DNA of 33,193 nucleotides from Basidiobolus ranarum. Lineage: Eukaryota. The translations under genes were made by a program, and so were the position numbers. The notes beneath the pieces were generated by a model that worked only from the letters and a program-made list of their open reading frames with translations, searched no databases and had not been told where the DNA came from. Numbering within the stretch: position 1 is the first letter of the stretch; each line of letters opens with the position of its first letter. The stretch spans positions 1-33,193 of the forward strand of contig JASJQH010000077.1 of NCBI GenBank assembly GCA_040143965.1, written 5' to 3'. Below, one piece after another: positions 1-10,970 of this stretch.

Positions 1-1
1 T

Positions 2-1276
2 TTCGATGTAGTACAAACCTGCCGTGGTGCTGGTATTCGTCTATTCATGGTCACCGGTGATTTCTCCCTCACTGCTGCTGCCATTGCCAGACAGGTTGGT
101 ATCTTCACCGCAGAACACGTGGATAAAGCAACTGATTTAGTTGTTGTGAAGCGCGAGATGAGTTTGGTAGTAGATGATGGTGAGAATAGTGCCAGAAGAG
201 CCTTACTTCTTTCTGGTACTGATCTTCCTGATCTCACGGATCCACAGTGGGAAATGGTCACTAATTATGATGAGATTGTGTTTGCTCGTACTACTCCTGA
301 ACAAAAGCTCCGAATTGTACAAGAATTTCAAAAGCGTGGTAATATTGTCGGTGTTACTGGAGATGGTGTTAATGATGCACCAGCTCTGAAGGCTGCAAAT
401 ATTGGTATTGCTATGGGTGGTGGTAGTGAAGTAGCCATGGAGGCAGCTCACATGGTACTTCTCGATAACAACTTCTCTTCTATCATTGTCGCTATTGAGA
501 ACGGAAGATTGGTGTACGACAACTTGAAGAAAGTTATCCTTTATCTGCTTCCAGCAGGTTCATGGTCGGAATTGATTCCAATCTTGGTGAATGTTCTTCT
601 TGGAGTTCCACTTCCTCTTTCTGCCTTCTTAATGATCTATATCTGTGTGTTGACTGATATGCTTCCATCTATTGCAATCATGTTTGAAACCCCTGAATCT
701 GATTTGTTGAAACGTCCACCTCGTCGTCCCAACCAAGATCGCCTAGTGAATCTAGGTCTTCTACGACATGCTTACCTGTTTACAGGATTGATGGAGACTT
801 TATTCTCTCATTGCATGTTCTTTTACTATATCCAATCTACTGCTCATATCTCTGCTAGCGAAATTTTATTGACATTCGATAAATGGACTGCTGGCTATAA
901 AGGAATGACCCAAGAACAATTGGACGACTTACAATTCACTGGACAAAGTGTAACTTTTGTTTCTCTGGTAGTGCTCCAAGCATTTGGTAACCTTTTAGCT
1001 ACTCGTACCCGTCGCCTTTCTATATTTCAACATCCACCTTGGGCGCTACCCTCTCGTAATCTCTGGTTGTTAGGGGCACAATTTGGCTCAATTGTATTGG
1101 CATTAATTGCTGTATACTTGCCTGCATTCCATAATATCTTTAATACACGACCAGTACCAGTAAAATTCTGGTTCATCCCATTAGGTGGCGCAATGATTAT
1201 TCTAGGGGCTGATGAAATTCGTAAATATTTCGTACGTAAATATCCTCAGGGCACCCTTGCCAAGCTTTCTTGGTAG
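2..1276 (+). CDS. P-type ATPase, type IIC-related fungal ACU-type (Na+/K+ uptake) pump; 3' part only, 5' end lies outside the window
   Basis: Open frame from base 2 (FDVVQTCRGAGIRLFMVTGD...). Motifs MVTGD, FARTTPEQK, TGDGVNDAPALK and GRLVYDNLKK, then TM5-TM10 with YLLPAGSWSE...ICVLTD, typical of fungal Na,K-ATPase-like/ACU pumps. Stop TAG at 1274-1276. Confidence 0.9.
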   Translation, partial: FDVVQTCRGAGIRLFMVTGDFSLTAAAIARQVGIFTAEHVDKATDLVVVKREMSLVVDDGENSARRALLLSGTDLPDLTDPQWEMVTNYDEIVFARTTPEQKLRIVQEFQKRGNIVGVTGDGVNDAPALKAANIGIAMGGGSEVAMEAAHMVLLDNNFSSIIVAIENGRLVYDNLKKVILYLLPAGSWSELIPILVNVLLGVPLPLSAFLMIYICVLTDMLPSIAIMFETPESDLLKRPPRRPNQDRLVNLGLLRHAYLFTGLMETLFSHCMFFYYIQSTAHISASEILLTFDKWTAGYKGMTQEQLDDLQFTGQSVTFVSLVVLQAFGNLLATRTRRLSIFQHPPWALPSRNLWLLGAQFGSIVLALIAVYLPAFHNIFNTRPVPVKFWFIPLGGAMIILGADEIRKYFVRKYPQGTLAKLSW

Positions 1277-2395
1277 AATCGATACTTACTGGAAAAATCT
1301 CTAACACACCATGAATGTATACACCTCACCTGTCTTATAATTCAATTTTACTAGTGTCTTCTCGCATTCGTAATCATCTGTAATTTTCTCTTTCTTAAGC
1401 TAGTAATGCTGGATAGCCAATAAACTACTTGTAAAATATTCTATACTGCACCATAATCTATGAGCCTATCACATTTTCTCATTCCTATCATCGTTCAGGC
1501 CCAAGGTAGAAAACACTAAATTTGGCTGATAAACGAAGAGGTTACTGCGTTAAGCTAAACAAGACGCAGCGTAGCCCGATGTAACATAAATCTGGACACT
1601 TAGCTGTGGATTGGATATGCTCCCTAGCCCATGAGTACCTTTTACTGCCCATATATTTTATAAATTGACTCAACGAGTGAACAATAATTTGTAATTCATT
1701 GACATTGAAGGGTTCATAGTTGATAAGGTAATTCTCGGTACAGAATATCAGTATATCTCTACCTTTTGGGAAAAGTGCAGTTTACAGCCTAATACGAAAG
1801 TTCATATGAATTACATATGAATGTGTAAAGACACTGTGATTTACCGATTAAGTCTCTATTTGAAAAGATTATAGATAGATTACCTATTGTGTCGCATATT
1901 GATTGAATGAAACACGAAGTGAAATCAAATCGATCATGATTCGGATAAACCTAGTTCGATTAATCGATAACGTTGGAAGCACTCTGAGCAGCGATTGTAT
2001 GTAATACGGTATGTAATACAAATATGAATCAGAGGTACTCTTTTGTCTTCTTCTTACTAACATGTACCATACTTGAACTTGAGGATTTCTATATATTGAA
2101 GTTCATTCTATCAACTAAACTACCTAAATGGTATGTAGAGTAATTCATAAATATTAACTACAAGTACAACCTCAAGATGGAGCACAGTAAAATATTTGCC
2201 AAGTATATTATGTATCTCTTAAAATGAACCACCAACAGTCTCAAGCTAATGTTGACATCCCAAAATATCTTGAGCTTGATACGAGCAATTGGGTGGGTGA
2301 GAATGGATATACAATATATATATATATATTTAGGAGGAGAATAGATAATATCTCCAGTGAGGCTGTGTAAATCAAAACATGTTTACAGCCAGAAC

Positions 2396-2703
2396 TGTTG
2401 TAATTAACATAGCCTAAACATATGTGTAGTCATATATAGCTTAGTATTTAGATATTCTATATTTCACAAAGATAGCACCCACTATTCTCAAGAGGAATTT
2501 ACTGAGAAGTTCTCAGATATATAGATTTTCAAATTTATCCTAGAGGCCCCCAACTTTGCGCACATTATTCTAGGACCTTCTTTAGCACATTCTATACGTT
2601 TGTTTGCTTACCTCTTGACTGTACTATAAATGTCAACTTTCTACTCAACAGATCAATACGTGAAAACCATCAATTCTTCTAGCTCTCCAAACCATTTCCA
2701 ACA
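2396..2703 (+). mobile_element. LTR-like repeat, copy 1 (308 bp, TGTTG...CAACA)
   Basis: Starts TGTTG (2396) and ends CAACA (2699-2703), with internal TATAAA at 2625-2630. Aligns along its length with 3399-3707; I counted 28 mismatches in a 174-nt block covering the 3' half. Confidence 0.6.
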
Positions 2704-3398
2704 AACTCTCAAAACAATAACTGCAAGTGTTTGGCATTTCAAAATGTAGAACATATATATTAACCTGATCAACAAATACATCAAAGATTTGAGAATAGCC
2801 CTAAGGTTAACAACCTCTGTGACTAATAATCAATGAATTTTTCCCAGTCATTTCGCAGCATTATACCATGAAAATACATATGCATAGTCATTATCACCAT
2901 TAGTTTACAGTGGAAGATGACTGACGAATGAGAGCGAGTGGGAAGTATATTCTAAAACGAGCGCACCGTCCTAGTATATGTATTCCGTTATGTATTAGAG
3001 TTAGCCAACTAGAATCCGACATAGAGCATCCTCCAAGTCTATAATGATGTGTAGCAATGATAGTTCATAAAACGGAATACGCCATTACCCAGTATAGTGA
3101 TAGAGTTGCAGTGCTGTATGCATCACTGCATGATACTGTACTGATGATTGGGTCAAGCATTTCTTGTGATTAAGCAGTAAGTTTTTGAATGCTAAATTAG
3201 TTGTACAATGTACAGTGAAGACCATACTAGATTCCCAACTATTGTAAACAATTTGAATGTGTGCTGACTTTTCCTTTCCCACCAGTGGTTCATGCTCCAA
3301 CAGCTACAACGGTCGCTGGGTACTTTTGAGAAGATAAATGGCAGATGACGGCAGTTTCTATACTGTTTGTACTAACCCTAAGGTTAGACTATAGTATT

Positions 3399-3707
3399 TG
3401 TTGAAATTAGCATTGCCTAAACACCTATATAGTCATATATAGCTTAGTATTTAGTTATCCTATAGTGAACTAAGATATTACCCATTATTCGATATCGGAA
3501 TTTACTTAGAGGTTTGAAGATAGATAGATTTTGATAACTTGTGCTAGAAGCCCCAAACTTTGCACACATGTTCCTGGGACCTTCCTTAACACATTCTACA
3601 CGTTAGTTTGTTTACATCTTGACAAAACTATAAATGTCAACTTTCTACGCAATAAATCAGTAAGTGAAAACCATCAATTCTTCTAGTTCCCCAAACCACT
3701 TCCAACA
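3399..3707 (+). mobile_element. LTR-like repeat, copy 2 (309 bp, TGTTG...CAACA)
   Basis: Starts TGTTG (3399) and ends CAACA (3703-3707), with TATAAA at 3629-3634 and AATAAA at 3651-3656. Diverged direct repeat of 2396-2703, offset about 1003 bp. Confidence 0.6.
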
Positions 3708-4220
3708 GGCTCCCAAGATACTTTAACAGTATTTGTAAGCTATAATTCGTGTATTCATGCATTCTTGAATATCCTTACCTAATCCTATGCCATGTTGGCC
3801 AATTTCCTGAAAGCCTATCTAGATTTTGTATTATAAATCGGCCAATTCAAAAACCGAGATACTTGATGGAGTGTGAAGTAACTCAGTGAAGTAACTCATG
3901 TGAACATTGTTGCCATTCTGGTATATTTTTATAGTGGATTATAATTGAATATAATTTAGATTTCTCACACATGATCATCAAATAATGTGAGGAATGGTAC
4001 AAATAAACTGATGAATTCATCACCAATCATGCTTATTTCTATTCATAAGCAACAAGGAATCTAGGGGGATCTAAAGAAATCTGAGATGAACAAGTCGATA
4101 TATGGATATCCACTTACTAATCAGAGTTATATTCCCTTATGATTGTCGAAATATACTATAATAGGCCCAAGATAAGTAGAGTCAGCAATAGAGCACTTCA
4201 TTTCTTTATCCACCCTCATT

Positions 4221-5138
4221 ATGTACGAATACAATAAAATCATACTCTTTGGAGATGCATTGACTCAAGTAAGTGAACGTTCTTCTCTCTAATTTTGAGT
4301 AGTATTTACTCAGCTCTCTTTTGAATAGATAAGTTTTGCAAATATTAATGGCTGGGGCGCTGCATTAGCGAATGAATATAGTGGAAAGCTTGATGTACTA
4401 AACCGTGGTTATGTTGGTATGTACACTCTCCGTAACAACTTCCACAGTACTCTTCTAAACTGTTTTTAAGGGTACAATACTGAATGGGCTAAATACATCT
4501 TGGAACAATTACTACCGCAGAATGGTGACTCGAAATTAAAAAGAAGCTCTACCACAGAGTTAATAATCATCTTCTTTGGCACAAACGATGCAGCTCTGCC
4601 CAACTCTAGTCAGCATATTCCTGTTGAGGCTTATGGAGAAAATTTGCGAAAACTTGTTAATATGATTAAATCACCCAAATCGCCCTATCATAGTCCTGAA
4701 ACTCGCGTACTGTTAGTTACACCACCACCATTGATTGAACAGGAGTGGGAGAAGATGTGTAGTTTTCGTGGTATATCCCTTGATCGTAAATCCGAAGTCA
4801 CCAAAATCTATGCTCAAAAGTGCAAGGAAATTGGCTTAGAAATGGGAGTACCTGTGGTTGACTTGTGGAAAAAGTTTGCGAAACGAATTAAATCATCACG
4901 CGAAAAAAGGGTTCCTGGGCGTGGTCTCATTCATGGAATGCAATTGAAGGACTATTTCCTGGATGGTGTACATTTTTCTGAGCTAGGGAACAATACTACT
5001 TTTTGTGGAATCTTTTCTGCCATCAAGAAAAACTGGCCAGAGCTGGATCCCGAAAGAATATCTATGGTTCTGCCTTGGTGGGATGATATTAATACACAGA
5101 ACCCAGCCAAGTCAATCGTTTTCCCCTCACACCATTGA
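4221..5138 (+). CDS. IAH1: SGNH/GDSL hydrolase, isoamyl-acetate esterase (IAH1)-like, with nucleophile Ser replaced by Ala
   Basis: Exons 4221-4268, 4329-4416, 4471-5138 (267 aa), joined by GT-AG introns. Block I IILFGDALTQ, block II NRGYVGYNT, block III FFGTNDA, block V DGVHF, and C-terminal PELDPE..LPWW typical of IAH1. Confidence 0.85.
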
Positions 5139-5951
5139 ATCGGCTTGGCTCTCTTTCCTTTGTTATATATATATACATGAGATCTCAGTAATACCAATGC
5201 TTTCTGTATCAGTTAGTCTCTTCTCTACTTATTTCCTCAACCTGCACTGACTTTAGCACACTTGCTTTGTTAGTCCGACTAACTATTAGAAGTGACAAAA
5301 AGAAACCTGTAATTAAACCACTATTTTATAAAACAATCAACCAATCCTATTCCTCTGTTGTCCATCTCTATGGGCTAGGCTCTATTTACCATCGAATGCA
5401 GTTGATCCACGCGATATTCACAAGACTTCTTAAGCCGTGAAGATTAGAAATAGATACCGGGACACGTAGAGTGCGATTGGTGACTGATGGTGATTGGAAC
5501 TTAGTTGACCTATAGCGGTTCATTATTCTAGGGTTAGGTGTCTACCGATACTAATGAACTTATTTTTTATTTGCTTCGTGGCTACTAAAAGCAGCTAATG
5601 GCTCATATTTTATCCATAAGCGTTCTTGGGTGATCAATTAAAGCCAAATTGGCCAGAAAAACTAGACATGTGAAGTTCTTAGCTGGAACCATAATGCTAT
5701 TTCTAAACATTTATGCTTACCCATTCCTCGTATTTTAGGAACTAACTAGTGTATTTCAGTAAGCAAATTGAATACAAAATTGAATTCAAAATCGGAAAGC
5801 ATAAATCAGAATATGGCTTTGATCAGAATTATAGATGCAGAAAAAGCTTCCAGAAACTGTAGTGGCTATAGTACGAATCTACGTAGTACGAGGGTTAACT
5901 ATAAAATCCTTGATCGACTCCTGCTCTGGGTTATTAACACCAGTAACGAAT

Positions 5952-6629
5952 ATGTCTAAAATTCAACTGACCAAGGAGCAAGAGGACACACTCATTGATA
6001 TGTCCCTTGATGGTAAATCATACCACGCTTCTCTAAGTTCTCTTTCATCGACTGATATGATTATATAGCTCGTAACTACGCGTATTGTCCATATTCAAAA
6101 TTCCGTGTTGGAGCTGCTGTACTAACTGATACCAACGAGTACTTCAAAGGCAAAGCAATGATTATTTACTTATCTATAGCTTTGTGACTAACGATATTTG
6201 ATGTTTTCAGGCTGTAATATTGAAAATGCGTCTTTTGGAGCCGGTGTTTGTGCAGAACGTTGTGCTTTCCAAAAAGCTATTGTAAGTTTATTATTCATAC
6301 CAACTCAATACCGGAATACCTTCTAAATAATCGTTTTTTTTGCAGAGCGAGGGTCATAAGAAGTTTATTGCCATTGCTGCTTCTACGTTGGTTAATTCTT
6401 GAATAATCTGACCTTATGCTGGAAACGCTAACATAAGTGACTCTATTCATATAGTGATGTGGATACTTTCCCTACCCCCTGTGGTATCTGTCGTCAGTTC
6501 ATGGCTGAATTTGGAGTCGATATATTGGTCCTTTTAGTCAGACATGATCGCAGTATCAAGACCATGACATTGAGGGAGTTATTACCAGAGCACTTTGGTC
6601 CTAGCGACTTGGGAAATTCCGAGCCTTAA
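5952..6629 (+). CDS. CDD1: Cytidine deaminase (homotetrameric type)
   Basis: Exons 5952-6012, 6069-6149, 6211-6281, 6346-6386, 6455-6629 (142 aa). Motifs AYCPYSKFRVGAA, GCNIENAS, CAERCA, PCGICRQFMAEF and LLPEHFGP. Intron 2 has a GC donor. Confidence 0.95.
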
Positions 6630-6983
6630 TGAGTGGATTTTCTCTGGCATTTCACCTGTCAATCAATCCTTTGTTTCTATGTATCATATTGCAATATATA
6701 AAGGTGATGAAGATCCTTTATTAATGCAGAAAGCTGATTTAATTTGAGTGCCTAATGTTGGGGCAGTGATTGTATAGATACATGTCGAGTTTATTCACAA
6801 AGATAGAGATAAGAGCTAACAACATAATATAATGGTAAAGTTTGACTGGATTATAGTACCTTCCTCTAGTAGTTGAAGAATTCTAGACGTAGTGGCGTAT
6901 TTCATTATTTTTCAGAATTCATTGATAAAGTAATAATCGAACTATCTCAACTAACGAATTCGCCAAAATCTTTCGAGTAAATT

Positions 6984-7649
6984 TTACTCCAAAGAGATAT
7001 ATTCTTCGATAAGTTTACATATTTTCAGTCGTTCAGAGAATTCTTCTTCAACTTCAAATCTGATGTGTATCTGAGAGTTCCAACGAATCGCCACATCTTC
7101 GACATCTTTGATTTTCTGTAAATCAAGTGATCGTAACATATGGATTTTGACTTGTAATTCCTTGACGTACATTGACTCCACAGACATAATCCAGTTCGCG
7201 ACTTCTAATAGAGTGATTGCGGCTACGTTTTGGTTTTTATATCCTGGAATAAGGATTTTCTCTAGTCCAGTACCAGGAATTGAAGATAACATCTTGTCTA
7301 AAGAGCTTTTCAACTGCGTCATTCCTCTAACTAATCTCTCAAAAGTAGCCATGGACTGATGCAGCTGAGTAAGAGTTTTTTCGATTTCAACGGTCTGCTT
7401 ATAAATTAAGCTTTCAAGAACATGTTTAGGTAAAAATGAAGGGTTTTTTGGGATCCGTGGATTTTTGTTAGAACTAAATTCTTGTTGCTTAGTTAACAAT
7501 ACCAAGGTTTCGTCACGTTGCGTAATAAGGTTGATCAATGAAGAAAAAAGAGAACCAGTGAAAGCTTGCTGATTACTCCATTGTCGGCACAAGGAATCAA
7601 GCTTGGTCAACAAAGCAAGAATTTGATGTTGTGGTAATTCTGAACTCAT
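6984..7649 (-). CDS. Helical protein resembling C1orf109/AIRIM (CK2S family)
   Basis: Intronless 221-aa ORF. The pattern W...SLFSSLINL..Q; L.YKQ..EIE..L; W...VE.MY.KE...K..ML.SL......I..V...W parallels the human C1orf109 sequence as I recall it. Confidence 0.6.
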   Translation of the reverse strand: MSSELPQHQILALLTKLDSLCRQWSNQQAFTGSLFSSLINLITQRDETLVLLTKQQEFSSNKNPRIPKNPSFLPKHVLESLIYKQTVEIEKTLTQLHQSMATFERLVRGMTQLKSSLDKMLSSIPGTGLEKILIPGYKNQNVAAITLLEVANWIMSVESMYVKELQVKIHMLRSLDLQKIKDVEDVAIRWNSQIHIRFEVEEEFSERLKICKLIEEYISLE

Positions 7650-8432
7650 ATCAATGTATCATTGTTTATTTGAGCGTGTTCTTTGAACGAATTTCAAACC
7701 TTTTTTTTATCAATACCCACCCCCATACCCACCATAAAATCGAGCATCTATCGTTTGGAAATATTAAATCATACTTTTAAACAACATCTACAAAGCTTGT
7801 ATAACAAACATGTGTACGGATTCTTATATTGATCTTATTAATTCTCTCGAGTTGATCAGAACAAGTATCTAGGGTTGCCTAGTAAATTCTGTTGTACTAC
7901 ACTAAAATACCTTGTCACTGGCTCAAACATATATATCCTTCATTGGTGTAAGTTCATTAAACCATATTTAAAATAAATGAAATAACTTTTTATCGAGTCA
8001 TCCGACAGTTTGTACACACTTCTGTAGTTAGGACGTGGCAAGCTATTTTACCATGAAATTGGAATATCAATTAACGCACACAAACACAAACTTTATGGTT
8101 CCCGCACGTAGTTTGAAAAGTATACCAAATCTTGATTTACTTTTATGGGAACTTTCACAAACTCCGTAATGTCCAATGAAGGATATTTCGAGGCTGTTCT
8201 AATATACAAATTAAATCGATTTTAACTTAAAATGTGTTAACAAATGGATGCATTCCATTGTACTACGATCCACATTTACTGCTCGACGCCTTGAGAATCC
8301 GATTGGAGATGTGACTGCTTTGAAGAGCGAGGCATGAGCATTTAACTAACTCGAGGTTGGCTGCTTTTCACTCATTTTCGCTACCTTCAGTCTATTTCAC
8401 ATATTTGTTCTTTTTATTAAAATAAAGGACAG

Positions 8433-10793
8433 ATGCTTTTTCGTTTATCCTCGGCATTAGCTCTGGGATCTTTGGTGTTGAGCTTGACAACAGCTCGGGA
8501 GATTACTCACGAAGAGGTTAAAAGGTTTACTGATGACTTTTTTGGTCGAGTGATCAAGCAGGGTCAACTCCCTGGTTAGTTTGATTCAATATATTTCATA
8601 TTTGCCTTCTTTGCGTTTTGAAGCATCTATTTTTAACCTTTATTTTTGTTAGGTGCTGTTGTATCCGTGGTTAAAGATGGCTCAGTTATTTACAAATCAG
8701 GTTATGGCTATTCTGACTTAGAATCGAAGTCTCTAGCTGATCCCTCCAGCACTGTTGTTCAAGTTGGCTCAATCTCCAAGACTTTTACTGCTACTTCATT
8801 ATTACAATTATATGAAAAGGGTTTAATAGAATTAGATCAAAACATTAACTTGTATCTCCGGGATGAAGACCAAACTCAAACTTTCTTCCTATCCACAAAT
8901 AATTTCAAAGAAAACGTAACTGCATCCAGCCTTCTTACGCATACTTCTGGCTTAGACACTAAAATGCTCGGTACTGCAACTATCAAGCCTCAAAATGTAT
9001 TTTCATAGTACTATTGCCTCCTTCCTACTCATATGCTAATTATCCTTATTTAGATCCCCTCCTCTATACTTCCGGCACTCGAAAATTTCCCCCTTAGAGT
9101 TCGCGAAGTCAATGAAACCCAAAGCTATTCTAATCATGGATACACCTTGCTTGGGCACACTGTCAGTAAAATATCTAAGCTCCCTTTTGCCGAGTATGTT
9201 CGTCAACATATTCTCGAACCATTGGGAATGGATGCCAGTACATTTGCTCCTCATAACGCTTCTGATCCTACCACGGTTAAAATAAGATCTTCGGAAAAAT
9301 ACAAGTTTGCTGTAGCCTATGGCAAAAATCCAAAAACTAATGAATTCGAACGAGCACCCGAGCTGTATATCGCCCTTGTGCCTGCTGGTGCTTTGGTAAG
9401 CACAGCCGAAGACATGTCTAAATTCATGATTGCTCATCTCAATCATGGATCGCTATCCGAAAATCAACGTATTCTTGATCCTGACACTATTGATTTGATG
9501 CACTCACGCCAATTTGGTCATAACGAGCTTATCGATGGCACCTGCTATGGATTCTTCGAAACAAACTATGGTCCAGGGCTAAGAATGATTTCTCATGGTG
9601 GTGATACTGTCGGTCAGAGTAGTCAGATGTCACTGTTTCCTGACAAGAATCTTGGTATTTTCGTGTCCTACAATGTAAACGACATTATGATTCGTAAAGA
9701 ATTTGTTGAGAATTTCATCAGTCATTTTTATGAACCCAGTGAATCAGCTGACCCGTACGATGAGGAGTTTTTCCAAGTCGTACCTCATTGGGACTATCGT
9801 GCAGAATACTATGAAGCTACCTTCAGACCGGTTGGTGTATCTCATTCATCCTTTGAGAAGCTAATTTCACTCGAACAACAAATAGTGATTAAGGGCTATC
9901 CCGATAACATTCTTGGAGTAATCTTGCCCCAATCACTTCAGCCGTTATTTGGTACTGACGAGGTTAAACTACGCGAAGTTGCTAGACATACCTTCAAAGT
10001 CATTGATCCTATCTCTCCAGGACACATGAGTAAACAGTATTTTACCTTCAAATTTGATCGAGAGCTCGGTGGTGCTATATTTTTGTATGCCGGCTCTTTC
10101 GACTTGCCTATAGTCTTCGAACGTATAGAGTGGTACGAAAAAAAAATACCCCAACTCTCCATCTTCGCCATTGCTCTATCCATCATGGTCATAGAAGCCT
10201 TTTATCACGCTTACTTCTTGATTAGTAACTACCTGTACGGTCGGGAGAAATCACAATTCTCTTATCAGAAAATCAATGGCAAGAAGTCAAAGAAAGTAAA
10301 CAAGGCCAAGGATTCCGATGACGAAGAAGAGGATGATACACCCGAAGAAGTTAAAAGTAGAATTGAAGAAGAGAAGAGAAAGAAAGAGCGTCTAGCGGAG
10401 CTCCAGAAGAAATATGTTATCCCTGATGACGCTAATATTGATGATTATGAAAAGACAGAGAATAATTTCTCATTCAAGCTGCTTCCTCAAGTACCCGGTA
10501 TTTTGGCCTGGTTATATGTAACCATGTTTGTGTCTGTCGGATGCTTGGGCTATTACTATGATTTGTATGAGCTAATTAGCTTGCATCGTTTACCAGAGGC
10601 GTTCCGTTTAGTCTTTATGATACCGTTTGCGGCTGTTATGGTTACAGTTATGTTTGCTCGACACCTGTTTTGCTGGTGGGGTGAAATTCCTGGCTACCAG
10701 CGCCAGCATAGATGGTTTTTGGCCGTTCTCATAGCATCCTGTGTGTTGCTCTACTTTATTGTGAGCAATCATCTTATTATGATTCACATGTAG
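8433..10793 (+). CDS. Secreted/membrane-anchored beta-lactamase-family (class C/PBP-like) serine hydrolase
   Basis: Exons 8433-8574, 8653-8996, 9054-10793 (741 aa). Signal peptide MLFRLSSALALGSLVLSLTTA, SxxK (GSISK), LLTHTSG, YxN (YSN), PAGAL.ST..DM and HGG, followed by about four hydrophobic C-terminal helices. Confidence 0.88.
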
Positions 10794-10970
10794 AATATTT
10801 GTTTTCGATATTCATCACTTATTTTCTCTCAATCACTACTATAATAAAGTTTAATAATTTCTCTTGATCCACCTCGCCTTCATCAACATTACCCAACTGC
10901 ATAAGACATGCAGTTAAAATGTACTTTCATTTATTGCTGAGATGGATGTAGATGATACGCCATGCTTATC

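Noticed and set aside
1540..1576. Imperfect hairpin GGTTACTGCGTT...GACGCAGCGTAGCC downstream of the ATPase
   Set aside because: A single short stem with G-U pairs and a bulge. No ribozyme, snoRNA or tRNA consensus surrounds it, so it is compatible with chance.
2540..2716. Apparent third-codon-position bias between the two repeats (15 of 28 mismatches) and a shared TAA-ATG junction, suggesting a decayed ORF or alternative genetic code
   Set aside because: The excess is modest and both copies contain stops. The conserved TAAATG is better explained as part of an LTR TATA box (TATAAATG).
3085..3300. 71-aa minus-strand ORF between the LTR-like repeats, with a faint integrase-like LQ*LGI* in another frame
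   Set aside because: No recognisable gag, RT or integrase motif; too short and degenerate to support.
1997..3898. Short tandem duplications (GTATGTAATAC x2 near 1997; GTGAAGTAACTCA x2 near 3873) and a (TA)n run near 2314
   Set aside because: Two-unit slippage repeats and microsatellites with no spacer structure, so not CRISPR-like.
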